Positions 9,433-21,135 are shown, numbered from the stretch's first letter. The stretch: DNA of 64,000 nt from Nitrosopumilus sp. (GCA_963667665.2 OY763927.2:800001-864000), one strand, 5' to 3'. Made by a program: numbers and translations. The notes: generated from the sequence alone by a model not told the origin.

Positions 9433-10956
9433 CTACTCTACATCATCTAATGAGGGTATTTCTGCCGTAAGGGATTCGGACTCTATATAATATCCGGATC
9501 CGAATATGTACCCGTCATGCAATACAAACAGCGACCATTTTATCTGCTCTGTTCCGGTTGTAGGATTTTCAAACGTGTATTTTACCCACGTATGGCCTTC
9601 AAGAAGATCCGAACGGATTACATCAAACGGCCTATCCAGTTCTACAATGGATGTGCTTAAAACATTTACAAGTTCGGGATTTGATCCATGGGCCACAATA
9701 ACACCGGTGTCATAATCAAGAACAAACGGGTATGACGGGTCAGTAGCCATCATTGAGGTAATCTGTTCAAAGGCATTATCAGGATCAGAGTCGTAAAGTG
9801 CAATGATGCCATCTACAACGCCCATTACAATAGATTCCGGTGTGAGATCAACATCTGTTGGCGTTGATATCATATCATACCAGCCTGTGATCTTTTCCTG
9901 TGGAATCTGATCCAATGTCTTTTGCATAATGGAGCCCAGGATTGGAAGATCGTTTCTGTATCCTACGGTAAGATCGTACTGGTGCCCCGTAGAGCCGGCA
10001 TTGTATATGCTCTCAACTCCAGATAGTTTTGAGTAATGGACTACGCTAGGCCACGTGCTTGCAAATGCGTTAGCACCGCCTGCCTGAAGAACCTCAAAGA
10101 CCTCTGACTGGCTGTCCACTGAGACGTACTGCGTGTCAGGATGGTTCTCATCAAGCCAGGACTCTATGGCATAGCCTCTGATTGTAACCAGTACAAGACC
10201 GTCATCATCAATATTTAACGGAGCATCATTCAGAGATGCCATGTATGTCTTCAGGGAATAATGTGAGGATGTAAAGCTCATGTATTCCAGCCTTTCAGGT
10301 GCAGAGGCCACTATGAACATGATGTCAGATTCTCTGTCCTTGATTGTCTTTAACGTCTCAGCCCAGGTCTCCACTATTGGACCCTGTACCAGATCTGCAC
10401 CTGAGATGGCCTCAAACTCTGCAATGTAGTCCAGTGTGACGCCCTGAAGGACGCCTGAGCCATCAAGATACTCTATTGGTACCAGCCCAGGGTCATAAGA
10501 GACACGTATGGCGGGATTGTTTTCCAGCCATTCGATCTCTTCAGATGAGAATATGTCTGCTGGCAAGAAGAATGCAGGTGCAAGTTCTATACCTCTGCTC
10601 TGCATAACATCGTATGTCTCAGCATAGAGACAGACAGGCGTTTGGGATTGGCGGATATAGAGTTCTCGTGGTTCGTTGCATTGGATATCGTTTATTGCTG
10701 TGCCGCTTTCAAGCTGTTTTGCAGGTGGCAGATAAACCTTAGATTTCATGTGTTGGTCTGATTGGGCATGTGCGGCATTTACAAGATTTAAAGCAAGATA
10801 GCCATCAGTATCTTCTGTCAAATACGCGTCTGAGACAGACGATCCCATGCTAGGAAATATGATTGCCGCACTGAGAACAAGCAGGCTACCAAGAGTAAGA
10901 AAGGAACCGTGTTTAATCATGCAACATCTCCGTTTGAGCATATGGGTAAAGATCAT
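9433..10956 (-). CDS. Secreted fusion of amino-acid-type solute-binding domain and Cache domain
   Basis: Signal/TM segment; PPAKQ...IQC...PVC motif; EEIEWLENNPAIRVSYDP (SBP family 3-like); YPFVLD...VAHG...WVKYTFENP...IFGSGYY (Cache). Confidence 0.75.
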   Translation of the reverse strand: MIFTHMLKRRCCMIKHGSFLTLGSLLVLSAAIIFPSMGSSVSDAYLTEDTDGYLALNLVNAAHAQSDQHMKSKVYLPPAKQLESGTAINDIQCNEPRELYIRQSQTPVCLYAETYDVMQSRGIELAPAFFLPADIFSSEEIEWLENNPAIRVSYDPGLVPIEYLDGSGVLQGVTLDYIAEFEAISGADLVQGPIVETWAETLKTIKDRESDIMFIVASAPERLEYMSFTSSHYSLKTYMASLNDAPLNIDDDGLVLVTIRGYAIESWLDENHPDTQYVSVDSQSEVFEVLQAGGANAFASTWPSVVHYSKLSGVESIYNAGSTGHQYDLTVGYRNDLPILGSIMQKTLDQIPQEKITGWYDMISTPTDVDLTPESIVMGVVDGIIALYDSDPDNAFEQITSMMATDPSYPFVLDYDTGVIVAHGSNPELVNVLSTSIVELDRPFDVIRSDLLEGHTWVKYTFENPTTGTEQIKWSLFVLHDGYIFGSGYYIESESLTAEIPSLDDVE

Positions 10957-11042
10957 AATGACGTATCTGTACGCTACTAAAAAATGCCATTATTCAGTGT
11001 TAAATATTCATGTATATTAAGATTTTTAAAATGTCAATAGAT

Positions 11043-11562
11043 TGTGGTATATGAAAAGTAGTTCCCCCTCCCACCTTATTTGACATGATATTCCTCCCCT
11101 GTTTGCTTGTCAACTACGGTTTCTCCTCTAGGCGGCATCTTACGTATGAACGCATGTGCCGGAGTCTCGTTCTCCCCGTCTACACCAAGAGACATGTGCG
11201 GTCTCCTGTGGTTGTACCATTCCATAAACAGATCCACGGGATCACTCTTGCGCATCATGATTGCCTCAAACTCTGGCAGCTTACGCTGAATCTCGCCGTG
11301 CAGCCTCTCCAGCTTGCCGTTGGTTTGTGGATGTCTGACGCCTGCCAGGATCTGTTTTATTCCAAGCTCGACCAGCCTTTTCTCAAAGACCGATGCCCCC
11401 TTCTTCTTTGCCTCTGAGGCGTTGGCGTAGAACTGGGATCCTCTGTCAGTCATTATGGATGCAGGCTTACCGTGGTTTTTTATGGCCTCCTCAAGCACGG
11501 CCAACGCGTTTTCGGTAGTGGCGTGCTCAAACATGCTGTACCCGGTGACAAAACGTGATGCG
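11043..11562 (-). pseudogene. IS481-family transposase remnant (rve core), 5' part lost at an IS630 insertion
   Basis: ASRFVTGY, TDRGSQF, HPQTNGKLERLH, YNHRRPHMSL; TGT terminus at 11043. Confidence 0.85.
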
Positions 11563-11564
11563 TA

Positions 11565-12980
11565 GTACCGGCCAGTAAGATCCGCTCACTTTGGCCGTCT
11601 GCGGCATCACGTCCGTCCAAACCGAAAGATTTTGATCGATCCTCCCATAACAAATACACATGAGGGCCTCAAACGGACGTGGATGGAGCAGGCCCGGTAC
11701 CCTGCCGACGGGCAATGATTTCCTGCCCGATACAGACGCACAGATCCTTCTGGAGATGATTGCAGCCTGCCCACCGGGGAAGGTAAGGGACATCCTGAGA
11801 GCATGCTACGAGAGGAAGATCAACGCGAGCATACGCAGGATATGGGATCTGCTGATGCGGCCGTACTCTACCGTGCGGGAGTGGCTTTGGAGGGTGCACG
11901 AGCGCGGACTGGACAACATATCTGACAGAAAGCCGCCGGGCGCAAGGGGCATACTGGGACCGGAGGAGATCGAGATTGTCAGGGAGACACTGCGCCAGCC
12001 ACCGACCGAACACGGATTCGAGCAAGGGGCATGGCTCCTGCGCATGATCGCAGAGGTCATCACAAAAAAGCTGAAAAAACATTGCAGGCCACGTACCATA
12101 CGGAGGCTCCTGCGTAGGATGGGATTCTCGTACGTAAAGCCTAGAACCGTTCCGCACAAGTCCGCCTCCAAAATGGAGCAGGAAGAGTTTATGCAGCAGT
12201 GCAAACAGCTGGTCAGTGAAAAGTCAGCAGAGGATTACACAATGCTGGCACAGGACGAGGCAGGCGTGCGGTTGGGAGCCTGCGGCGGGTACGGCTGGCG
12301 GTTCAAAGCCGACGGGTGCGAGGTCGGCGTCGGATTCTCCACCAAGGAGACAAGAATCATCGGAGCAGTTGGCCCTGACGCAGTCCACGTAAAGGTGGTT
12401 GAGAGCGTAAACGCCGACACCTTCATAGAGTTTCTCAAGGAAATGCGGCAGATATACAAAAAATTCGTCATGTTCCTTGACAATCTTTCTGCGCACAAGG
12501 CTGTCAAGGTGTCAGAGTACGTCGAGTCCGCTGGAGGAGACATTGTTTTGATGTACCTGCCCAAGTACACCCCGCAGCTTAACCCCATGGAGATCCAGTG
12601 GAATGTGCTCAAGAACATGCTTGCCCAGCGATGCTTTAAGAATGCCGAGGAACTTGCCAAGTCAATCCGGATTCTGGTAGATACCGGACAGCTCTTGCCG
12701 GTCAAGCAGATGGATTACATGATTCCGTAATCAGGATTTTTTGCACCGGCGTTCAAGATTATTTTTATGCACGTCAGTTGCCCACGCATTTTTTCACGCC
12801 GCACCTGATTCATGCGCGTCAGTTCCGCATGTTACTTGGATTTACACGACAGTTGCTCGCAGTCTCGTGCCTGCAACGCAGACAAAAGACATCAACTCCA
12901 CCTCACTTGGATTTGCACGACAGTTGCCAGGCCCAAAGTCAAGGACGCGTAAAAAGTGAGCGGATCTTACTGGCCGGTAC
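11565..12980 (+). mobile_element. Second, unrelated IS630-family element (GC-rich)
   Basis: TIR GTACCGGCCAGTAAGATCCGCTCACTT at both ends, flanked by TA (11563-64, 12981-82). Confidence 0.95.
11660..12730 (+). CDS. IS630 transposase, apparently intact
   Basis: HTH, winged HTH, QDEAG, FLDNLSAHK, YTPQLNPMEIQW. Confidence 0.92.
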   Translation: MRASNGRGWSRPGTLPTGNDFLPDTDAQILLEMIAACPPGKVRDILRACYERKINASIRRIWDLLMRPYSTVREWLWRVHERGLDNISDRKPPGARGILGPEEIEIVRETLRQPPTEHGFEQGAWLLRMIAEVITKKLKKHCRPRTIRRLLRRMGFSYVKPRTVPHKSASKMEQEEFMQQCKQLVSEKSAEDYTMLAQDEAGVRLGACGGYGWRFKADGCEVGVGFSTKETRIIGAVGPDAVHVKVVESVNADTFIEFLKEMRQIYKKFVMFLDNLSAHKAVKVSEYVESAGGDIVLMYLPKYTPQLNPMEIQWNVLKNMLAQRCFKNAEELAKSIRILVDTGQLLPVKQMDYMIP

Positions 12981-13078
12981 TATGCATCTTCCGATCAATT
13001 AAAAACAATCCGCACCGGATTCGGAGTTGTGCAACTAACATGATTCTCGTATACTTGGCTAATGATCATGTGTTATTA

Positions 13079-14791
13079 TTAAACAACTAGTATTCCTTGT
13101 TGGATCAAAAACTGGATGCTTTGGATAAAGGTGGTATCATCTATTATGCCGTCTGCCCACCATTTGGCACTGGTCTTAACCCAGCTTGGAATTGTACCTG
13201 ACTCTGATTCGGATTCTTGGTCGGTACTGCTAACGTCTGTCTCAGAAATCTTGATAATGTCATTTTGAATCAAAAACTGGATGCTTTGGATAAAGGTGGT
13301 ATCATCTATTATGCCGTCTGCCCACCATTTGGCGTTGTTTTTAATCCAGCTGGGAATTGATGTCGTTTCAGGTACGGATGCTGTCAAGCCGGAACCTATG
13401 TCTAAGAATACCGTACCAATCCCTGCATATTTTTGGTCATAGTCAAGTCCAACCCCGTAAACTAGGACGTCGATTCTGACAATACCCTGGGATGGGATGT
13501 AGATATCTTGGACATCCAGTCCCTCAATGGCTACAATTCCGGGAGTCGCCGTATCATCATAGCCTCCGCGTGCCAATTCTTGTCGGGATTCGTCATAAGC
13601 AACATAGGCGTATCTTATATCCGGAATTAGTGTCTTATTTTCATTAAAGAATGCAAACTCAAACGGTATCTCCTGATCGGCGCTGTATGTGCTGTCGTAT
13701 GAAACAGATACGTCGGTTGGAACCCGTCGTTCCACGTCTTCAAGGCCGACAAGATAAAAATCGCCAGATATCGCCTCAATCTCAGGTGACGGAACTATTT
13801 TCAGATTCATTACTTTGTTTGAATAGTTGTCCGGACCAAGCAAGTCATTGATCTTTTTTAACGTCTTGTCTGTGATAAGGAAATGAAGGATGTTTGTATT
13901 GTCAATAGAATACGGATCAGATATCAATCCCCTTTGATCAAGCTCTATGCTGTTTACATAGCCTGTAAACTGTTTGCCTGGGACGTATGGCTCAAACGAG
14001 TCCGGAATCCTAACCTCCTCATGTACCAGCGGAACCAAGCTGATGTAGTCTGGATCCCAGTCAAACGGCATCTCAAAGCTGATTGAATTGTCAGACGCGT
14101 CAAATTCAAAGCTTTCAATATCATCATAGTACGTCTTGACAACTACTGGAACCTCCGCACTGGCAGTCTGAATCAGGAAATCCTGATTTTTTACAATACT
14201 GACAAATGTATCGTAGCTGAGTCTTTCAGACAGCAAGATCTTTGGACTGGTGGCACCTTCAACATCTATGCGAATGTTATACAGTCCGCCTTGAACAAAC
14301 ACCGGACCGGTGATTGTAGGCCTTCCACAGACATCTAGGTTTTCATCAGTGCACGCTACGCCTTGCACATAGAGTGTACCTGGCGCATCGGGGTGTTCAG
14401 AACCGCCGTAAATAGTGCATCGCCATAGCTCATTTTCATTACAGTTAGATGAAGGGCGTATCTCTACATCCAGTCTGCCATCGTCGTCATAAAAGAGACT
14501 TCTTGCAAGCAGTTCCTCACTTTTCCAGATTTCAACTCTATATGTTACCTGATCCAAGGTCAAGTCCGTGTCGACATCAAAAAATCTTATCTTCATGTTC
14601 ACCTCATCAATATCTCCCAGCGTAAGGTCGTAAGGAGTCAAGTCAGTGCGAACCGTAACGTTCATGTCTCCAAAGGATAGCGGTTCGGCCTGATCTCCGC
14701 CCGGACTGTGTGCAAATGCGTTGGGAAGAGCGGCAGCAGAGGCTGCGAGAATGCTTACGGCAACAAGAAATAATGTTAGTCTGTTATACAA
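13079..14791 (-). CDS. Secreted thaumarchaeal surface protein with two C-terminal IPSW..AKWWADG repeats
   Basis: Signal peptide; duplicated [31 protein letters not shown] domain. Confidence 0.8.
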   Translation of the reverse strand: MYNRLTLFLVAVSILAASAAALPNAFAHSPGGDQAEPLSFGDMNVTVRTDLTPYDLTLGDIDEVNMKIRFFDVDTDLTLDQVTYRVEIWKSEELLARSLFYDDDGRLDVEIRPSSNCNENELWRCTIYGGSEHPDAPGTLYVQGVACTDENLDVCGRPTITGPVFVQGGLYNIRIDVEGATSPKILLSERLSYDTFVSIVKNQDFLIQTASAEVPVVVKTYYDDIESFEFDASDNSISFEMPFDWDPDYISLVPLVHEEVRIPDSFEPYVPGKQFTGYVNSIELDQRGLISDPYSIDNTNILHFLITDKTLKKINDLLGPDNYSNKVMNLKIVPSPEIEAISGDFYLVGLEDVERRVPTDVSVSYDSTYSADQEIPFEFAFFNENKTLIPDIRYAYVAYDESRQELARGGYDDTATPGIVAIEGLDVQDIYIPSQGIVRIDVLVYGVGLDYDQKYAGIGTVFLDIGSGLTASVPETTSIPSWIKNNAKWWADGIIDDTTFIQSIQFLIQNDIIKISETDVSSTDQESESESGTIPSWVKTSAKWWADGIIDDTTFIQSIQFLIQQGILVV

Positions 14792-15198
14792 TATAACATT
14801 TTGGTTAATTCCGTATTTAAAGCTGATTTCAGTTTTAGCGTCTGGTTAAATACATGTAAAAATATCCTCGTCGTAGTCCAAGTGATGGATCAACCTCTGT
14901 AACTGTACTTCGCGTACTTTATCTTGAATGGGGCAATAACCCGGGCTGATGCGTTCCTGTGCTTCGCGCACTGTAGGTCCGAAGTTGACCGCAAGAAAAT
15001 TTTGTCATATGCAGGAAACCAAAAGCAATAAGGTGCAGATAAAGTGACACCAGACAGGCCTGAAAAACCAAGATTTGGACAACGCCCCTAGAGACAAAAA
15101 ACCTAAAACTTATACAGTAGGACATCTTGAAAAATCAAAAGATTAGGAGAGCCAAAACATAAACTGTATACAAGGAGTTTCATACAAAATAAAAATCA

Positions 15199-18100
15199 TC
15201 AAGGTGCATACACAGTCACTGTGACTATCTTCTCTACCAACCAGTCATAATCTGATGCTGCAAACCTGAAAGTCAAAACAGTCGTTCCTGATTCCACAAT
15301 CGGTGCCCTGTCGGTGCGAGTAAACGTGTCGCCGTCATTGAAACTGTCAATAGAGGTTGTTGACATGCCATCGGTCTGAGACCACCACGCGTTTGCGTCT
15401 TCATCGCTGTCATTCAATGTACCAGATAACGTAAAAGTTGAATTGGAAGCCACACTGATTGAAGACTGATCTACGTTCACGACTGGTTTGTTGTTGTTAG
15501 TTATGTCGATTCGGAACGCGACCACGTCTGTAAGTGCACCGTCCGTAACTTCGAGAATCATGTATACCGTGTTTTCAAATCTATTGTCACCGACCACAGG
15601 TGCAATGAAAGATACACGCTCACCACTTCCTAATATCAACACTTCAGGACCAAAATCGGCTATCCATTCATATGATAGATCATCGTTGTCAGGATCATAT
15701 GATCTGGACGCATCTAGAACGACTCGATCGCCTGCTACTACAAACAGGTGTTTTTCAAGCACGACTACAGGTGATTGGTTTTCACGCACGCTGACAGTTA
15801 TTGTATCGGAATTAGTTCCACCTTCATTGTCCATCACTACGAGTTTTATCACAATTGTCTGTGTACCGCTAACATTTGGAGCTATAAAATACGGAGTCGA
15901 TGTACGATCGTCATAAATGAACACGTTTGGACCGCTTTCGTGGCTCCATTGGTATGACAACTCAGTGTTGTCTGGATCATCTGCAAATCCTCTCAGGTCA
16001 ACTTTTTCACCCGATTTTACATGTTTATCTGCGCCCGCTCCAACACTCGGTGCGTCGTTACCATCTACAGTCACTGTAATTGTGTCCGAGTCACTATATG
16101 CACCGTTAGTAACTGTTAGTTTAAACGTTAAAACCGCATCATTATCTGGTGACACGAACCCAGCAATCGAAGAATCAATATCTTCAATCTCTACTGTATC
16201 ACCTCTAGTCTGCGTCCACAAGTAATCTGTGTATCCAGCTCCCTCTGTCGATCCACTACCATCTAACCTCACATATGTGCCTGACTTTACAGTCTGGTCA
16301 ACGCTAGCATCAGCAGTCGGCTCTAAAAATACGACAGTCACGCTCACGCTGTCTGTGCCGACGTTGCCGTCACCGTCTGTTACAGTTAGCTCAAAGATCA
16401 GCACTTCTTGCATGACGTTAGGCGACCTAAATGATGGTGTGGATCCTAACATGCCTGAGAGACTTACATCTGTCCCGCTCGTCTGCGTCCATAAATACCT
16501 TAATGTGTTACTGTCAGGATCATATGAGGATCCGCCATCTAGGTTAACTATGACTCCAGGCTCTACGCTCTGATTGGATCCTGCATCTGCCACTGGAAGT
16601 GTTGATTCCACCGTGATGTCTATTGAATCACTCCCAGCCTGTCCTGTAGAGTCAACGACTGTTAGCATAAATGTCAGCGTGCCTATAAGATTGGGTGCTG
16701 TAAACGACGCAGAGGCTTTGTCGGAATTCGTCAAAATCACGTCGTGTCCACCAGTCTGCGTCCATGAATATGATATTTTATCGTTGTCAGGATCGGATCC
16801 ACTACCTAATAGATTCACAGTCTCTCTTGGCCTGACAGTCATATCAGTTCCGGCATCTGCGGAAGGCGGATCGTTACTGTTATCTATAATGGTTATTTTA
16901 ACGCTATCATTATTAGTGTTATTACCGGAACTGACGGCTAGATTAAATATTAGAACGGATGGCGTTGAGGGAGTCATGAACGTAGGTGAGGCGATGCTAC
17001 TGTTGGAAAGGGTTATCGATGGACCGCTAGTCTTCGTCCATGAATATAAAAGCCCTGTACCTACGGATGATTCGCCGTCGAGATGCACCGTACCATCAAC
17101 GTATGCTGTCTGATCGTGTCCGGCATCTGCCACTACGCTTGGAACTTGAGACTCATTATCCAACACGCTCACCATCATTCTGTCCGTGGCAGAATTGCCT
17201 CCTGGATCCATAACTGTAAATATAAATGAAAGTTCACTCGACATGCTTGGAGTAATAAAGGACGCTACAGAAGAATCAGGATTACTCAAAGTCACGTCGT
17301 GTCCGCCAGTCTGCATCCATGAATATGACAATGCACGGCTTTCTGGATCGCTACCAGATCCTCTTAAAATAACATATGAATTCACGAATGCGTTGATGTT
17401 ATATCCAGCGTCCGCTGTTGGTGGAGCGTCATGCCCAACTGTGATGCGTATACGATCACTGTCAAATACACCTGTAGAATCCATCACTGTAAGCATAAAA
17501 CCCAACATAATTTGACTAGATGTGTCTGGAGCTATAAATGACGGCATTGCCGTATTTGAATCACTTAACGTAACATGCGTGCCTGTGGACTGTTGCCAGT
17601 CATAAGACAGACCATTTCCGACGGAGCCTGTACCATCAAGTGTCACATTTGCACCGCCATCGACACGCATGTTACTACCAGCGTCCGCTGTCGGCTTTAT
17701 GCTTTGTAGCACCACGTGGACATTTACTTCATCTTTATCCAACGTCGGGTATGCTTCTACCGTCAGACTGAACGAAAGAGTCTTGGTGACGTTTGTGGTG
17801 GCAGGTGCCGTAAACGTAGCAACTGCCTCTGTACTGTTAACCAAATTCACCGTCTCGCCTACAGTCTGTGTCCATAAATAAACAAGATCGCCTCCAGCAG
17901 GATTAACAGATGCACTCCCATTCAGTATCACTGTTGTGCCTGGTCTTACCTCAATGTCGCGTCCGGCATCCGCCACTGGGTAGAATATGCCATCGATTGC
18001 TATGACCAGCCTTACCTTGTCAGAATTCCCAATAGTGTCGCTTACACTCAGTTCAAATTCAAGCAGGGAGGCGTATGAGCCAATTTCTGTTTTGAAAGTC

Positions 18101-19542
18101 GCGGCTGGTTCGTAGGCGTTGTTCAACTGTACATCTACACCGCTAATTTGCCTCCATTCATATGTCAAACCGTCCAGACCTGTCGAACTGCTACCATTGA
18201 GTACGAACACTACTCCGCGAGGTGCTGCATAATCTGCACCGTCTGGCATGAATCCTGTTGTATACACATTTTCGTCTTCTTTGGCTACGTGGCCGAACGC
18301 GTACGCGTGTGGAGGGGAACCTTTGTGGAAGTAAACAGATACAGTATCTACATTGGTAAATATACCGTCAAATACTGATAATTGAAATTTTGCAAACCGA
18401 TCTATATCATTCATGACAACTGGAACTATAAATGATGCCGTTGGGGATCTGGCGTTGGAGATAATGACCGTTTCGCCCTCTGTCTGCGTCCATTTATATG
18501 TAAGGCGGTCGTTGTCACGATCTGTAGTGCGAGAACCATTCAATATAACAATCTCGCCTGCCTCTACATCAACCACAGGTAATATTCTGGCATTCGGTGG
18601 CGAATTCTCCACCACTCTTACAGACACTGAATCTGTGGCATCGTACTGAGTGTCATTCACAATCAGTCTGAATTCAAGATCGCTGGCAGATGCCGGTGCA
18701 CTGAACTCGATACTTCTTGAGTTGTTAAAATTAACCATGATGCCAGAGACCTGTTCCCACAAATATGACAAACTGCCATCGCGGTCGCTTGAACCTCTGG
18801 CATCCAACGTCACACTGGTGCCATTAGTTACTATCTGGTCTAAACCGGCATCAGCCGTTGGGCTACTGTTTTGTACCGTGACTGATACAGTGTCTTCCCC
18901 CGTTAGAACGCCGTCCGTGGCACTGAGTTTGAACACCAGCACTTTTTCGCCTTTCGTGACTGTGGGGGTCGTAAATTCGAGAGAATATCCTGTTGTTTGA
19001 GTATACACAACAGTAGGTCCTGATACTTGTATCCATTCATGCGAAACATGGTCATTGTTAGGATCCAATATAATTCCCACTAGTGTAACTTTTTCGTTGC
19101 TAAGAGATATGATGTTGCTTCCAGCATCGACTCGCGGAGCACCGTTGCCAGGTATGGCTACAGTTAGTGTATCGCTGGCTACTATATAGGATCCGCCACC
19201 TTCTGCACGCCGTTCGAAATCACGTGCCTCTATCTTCCAAATTAGACTGTCACCAGCAGAAGCACCGTACATGTGATTCAAAAAATACGATGTATCGTCA
19301 CTGCTTATCTGTATTTCTGTGCTGGCTGATTTTAATATCAACGCGTAATACGTGACGTTATCTGTTTGTGAAACGTCATTCCAGCTAAATAGGATAGTAG
19401 TGCCACGGATCTCTGCATCGAGGTGTATAGACGCAGCGTATGCATCGTCTGTGTATACAAATATTACTCCTATTACTAATAGAAAAAATAGACCCGCTAA
19501 CTTTCCACAGGAGTTGTACTGGAGCATAACTTTTTGTTCCAT
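15199..19542 (-). CDS. Large PKD/K319L-like Ig-repeat surface protein (putative adhesin)
   Basis: Signal peptide; about a dozen P.ADAG...V.LDG..S....L.Y.W.Q..G...F.L.V.D repeats. Confidence 0.85.
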   Translation of the reverse strand: MEQKVMLQYNSCGKLAGLFFLLVIGVIFVYTDDAYAASIHLDAEIRGTTILFSWNDVSQTDNVTYYALILKSASTEIQISSDDTSYFLNHMYGASAGDSLIWKIEARDFERRAEGGGSYIVASDTLTVAIPGNGAPRVDAGSNIISLSNEKVTLVGIILDPNNDHVSHEWIQVSGPTVVYTQTTGYSLEFTTPTVTKGEKVLVFKLSATDGVLTGEDTVSVTVQNSSPTADAGLDQIVTNGTSVTLDARGSSDRDGSLSYLWEQVSGIMVNFNNSRSIEFSAPASASDLEFRLIVNDTQYDATDSVSVRVVENSPPNARILPVVDVEAGEIVILNGSRTTDRDNDRLTYKWTQTEGETVIISNARSPTASFIVPVVMNDIDRFAKFQLSVFDGIFTNVDTVSVYFHKGSPPHAYAFGHVAKEDENVYTTGFMPDGADYAAPRGVVFVLNGSSSTGLDGLTYEWRQISGVDVQLNNAYEPAATFKTEIGSYASLLEFELSVSDTIGNSDKVRLVIAIDGIFYPVADAGRDIEVRPGTTVILNGSASVNPAGGDLVYLWTQTVGETVNLVNSTEAVATFTAPATTNVTKTLSFSLTVEAYPTLDKDEVNVHVVLQSIKPTADAGSNMRVDGGANVTLDGTGSVGNGLSYDWQQSTGTHVTLSDSNTAMPSFIAPDTSSQIMLGFMLTVMDSTGVFDSDRIRITVGHDAPPTADAGYNINAFVNSYVILRGSGSDPESRALSYSWMQTGGHDVTLSNPDSSVASFITPSMSSELSFIFTVMDPGGNSATDRMMVSVLDNESQVPSVVADAGHDQTAYVDGTVHLDGESSVGTGLLYSWTKTSGPSITLSNSSIASPTFMTPSTPSVLIFNLAVSSGNNTNNDSVKITIIDNSNDPPSADAGTDMTVRPRETVNLLGSGSDPDNDKISYSWTQTGGHDVILTNSDKASASFTAPNLIGTLTFMLTVVDSTGQAGSDSIDITVESTLPVADAGSNQSVEPGVIVNLDGGSSYDPDSNTLRYLWTQTSGTDVSLSGMLGSTPSFRSPNVMQEVLIFELTVTDGDGNVGTDSVSVTVVFLEPTADASVDQTVKSGTYVRLDGSGSTEGAGYTDYLWTQTRGDTVEIEDIDSSIAGFVSPDNDAVLTFKLTVTNGAYSDSDTITVTVDGNDAPSVGAGADKHVKSGEKVDLRGFADDPDNTELSYQWSHESGPNVFIYDDRTSTPYFIAPNVSGTQTIVIKLVVMDNEGGTNSDTITVSVRENQSPVVVLEKHLFVVAGDRVVLDASRSYDPDNDDLSYEWIADFGPEVLILGSGERVSFIAPVVGDNRFENTVYMILEVTDGALTDVVAFRIDITNNNKPVVNVDQSSISVASNSTFTLSGTLNDSDEDANAWWSQTDGMSTTSIDSFNDGDTFTRTDRAPIVESGTTVLTFRFAASDYDWLVEKIVTVTVYAP

Positions 19543-19579
19543 ATAATAATATATGATTATTATACATAAAAGGCATTCG

Positions 19580-19789
19580 TCAATAATCCATCTTTTTCAG
19601 CTCATCCATACATCCGTCACACAAATGATTTCCACGAAACAATGTCATGTCCGCTTTTGGATTTGGCATCTTGCACGTACTGCATGCTGTCAAATCGGCC
19701 TTTACAATGCAACTGTTGCAGTACGGTTACCCGTCATCCCAATGCCCGCCGTCGGTGGCATCATTACCGCATATTACGCATGTTGTCAT
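19580..19789 (-). pseudogene. Four-CxxC zinc-finger protein with an in-frame stop
   Basis: MTTCVICGND...DDG*PYCNSC...CSTC...LCDGCMDELKKMDY*. Confidence 0.55.
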
Positions 19790-19832
19790 ATGGTTATGAT
19801 GTATAAACGGTATAAGGGGTCAGGGTGTGCCC

Positions 19833-20171
19833 TCATATGCAGTCACTGCACAGACGTGTTGCATCTGCCAGTACGGACCTAAAATGACCGCATCTCCTGC
19901 AACTATCAAGTACGGTTTTTGGTTCAGACGACATACCATTGCTGACGTCTGTGTTGCCAGGCGGTCCGTCAAAACCGACAAACGGGGCATTCGGGTTCAT
20001 CCTACACCTGTCGCATTGAACATGTTCGCCATCTTTACTGCCACATCGTACGCACGCCCTGTCAATATATCGCCGTTCTTTCAGCTCCATACAGATTACA
20101 TGTTGGTCATGTGAACATAGTTCATGTTCTGCCAGACACGGTTTATTACAATACACGCAGTCAAAACTCAT
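19833..20171 (-). CDS. Cys-rich zinc-binding hypothetical protein
   Basis: CVYC, CVRC, CDRC, CRRC, CSDC. Confidence 0.6.
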   Translation of the reverse strand: MSFDCVYCNKPCLAEHELCSHDQHVICMELKERRYIDRACVRCGSKDGEHVQCDRCRMNPNAPFVGFDGPPGNTDVSNGMSSEPKTVLDSCRRCGHFRSVLADATRLCSDCI

Positions 20172-20211
20172 AATTGATTTATGGTTGTTTTTTATTTAAA
20201 CAGGCTGTTTT

Positions 20212-20724
20212 TTACAAAGTCTGCATATCATTATGCCAGTCAGGTGTCGAACCGTGTCTGTCGGTGTCTGGCAGATCAGTATATTCAGAAAAATGTGTAC
20301 GTATTATGTTTAATATTTCCACAGAAGTGTGGGTTTCGAGTTCCTCGCGTATGCGTTCCAAATTATTTTTTGTTTTCTCTGGAAGCGCTTTGAATCTATC
20401 CTTGATGTAATTCATTCCGTTAAACGATATTATTACTGCAAAGTTATTGGAAGATTTTTTGCCTATTCCTACAAGGTGGTTTGAAAAAACCAGTTCGTCT
20501 ATCATTATTCCAACCTGTTTGCTGTATGGGCCACCACGATGTTTTTCGAAACGGACTGCGGGATATATGGTCATGTTCTCAAAGACAGTCTTTATTGCCA
20601 GAAATATCTCATTTTGCTGTCTTGTTCTGCCCTTAATTGGCTTGCGTCTGGCATAGAATATCAGTAAGATTACATCCTTTGGTGTACAAGTTTGGTTTGA
20701 CCTGGATCTTGCAGACGGGTTCAA
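20212..20724 (-). CDS. YwgA/SocA(DUF4065)-like antitoxin-family protein
   Basis: ILLIFY...IKGRTRQQNEIFL...F.KH..GPYSKQV pattern. Confidence 0.6.
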   Translation of the reverse strand: MNPSARSRSNQTCTPKDVILLIFYARRKPIKGRTRQQNEIFLAIKTVFENMTIYPAVRFEKHRGGPYSKQVGIMIDELVFSNHLVGIGKKSSNNFAVIISFNGMNYIKDRFKALPEKTKNNLERIREELETHTSVEILNIIRTHFSEYTDLPDTDRHGSTPDWHNDMQTL

Positions 20725-21134
20725 AGGCGACCTCTTTCAAGCTTCCTTTTCAAAAACTCAGCCTGTTTATAATACAGCAGATTAAGATCAACTATTGACA
20801 TGTTATAATTCTGACCCGCTGCGACATCAAGTATTGCATTTTCAACGACACTGTCAAATGGCATGCTTGCCTCTACGTAAAATTCCCCCATGTTTCCTAT
20901 TCGCACTACACCTAACGACAAAAGATAGTACACCTGGTTCATGCCACCACAGTCAATTCCAATGGATTTTACAATGTTCTCTGCAACAGTACTGTGATCT
21001 GGCTCAATAAAATATACCGATCCGTTTGGGAAAACAAATCCAAACTCGTCAGTACCAGTCCGGGCATATTTTTTCATCTCTGTCTCTATTTTTGTGAGCA
21101 ATTTCCTGTTGGGTTTTTGTACACTGGCGATCAA
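20721..21134 (-). CDS. Hypothetical protein, tandem paralog A
   Basis: FGFVFPNG.VY...H..VAE...LGVVRIG shared with 21136..21588. Confidence 0.7.
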   Translation of the reverse strand: MIASVQKPNRKLLTKIETEMKKYARTGTDEFGFVFPNGSVYFIEPDHSTVAENIVKSIGIDCGGMNQVYYLLSLGVVRIGNMGEFYVEASMPFDSVVENAILDVAAGQNYNMSIVDLNLLYYKQAEFLKRKLERGRL

Positions 21135-21135
21135 A

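Noticed and set aside
14850-15190. Possible gene or IS remnant between the surface-protein genes
   Set aside because: No recognisable motif or paired terminal repeat found
15488-19355. Many plus-strand ORFs over the PKD protein
   Set aside because: Antisense frames of a long, GC-richer repeat gene
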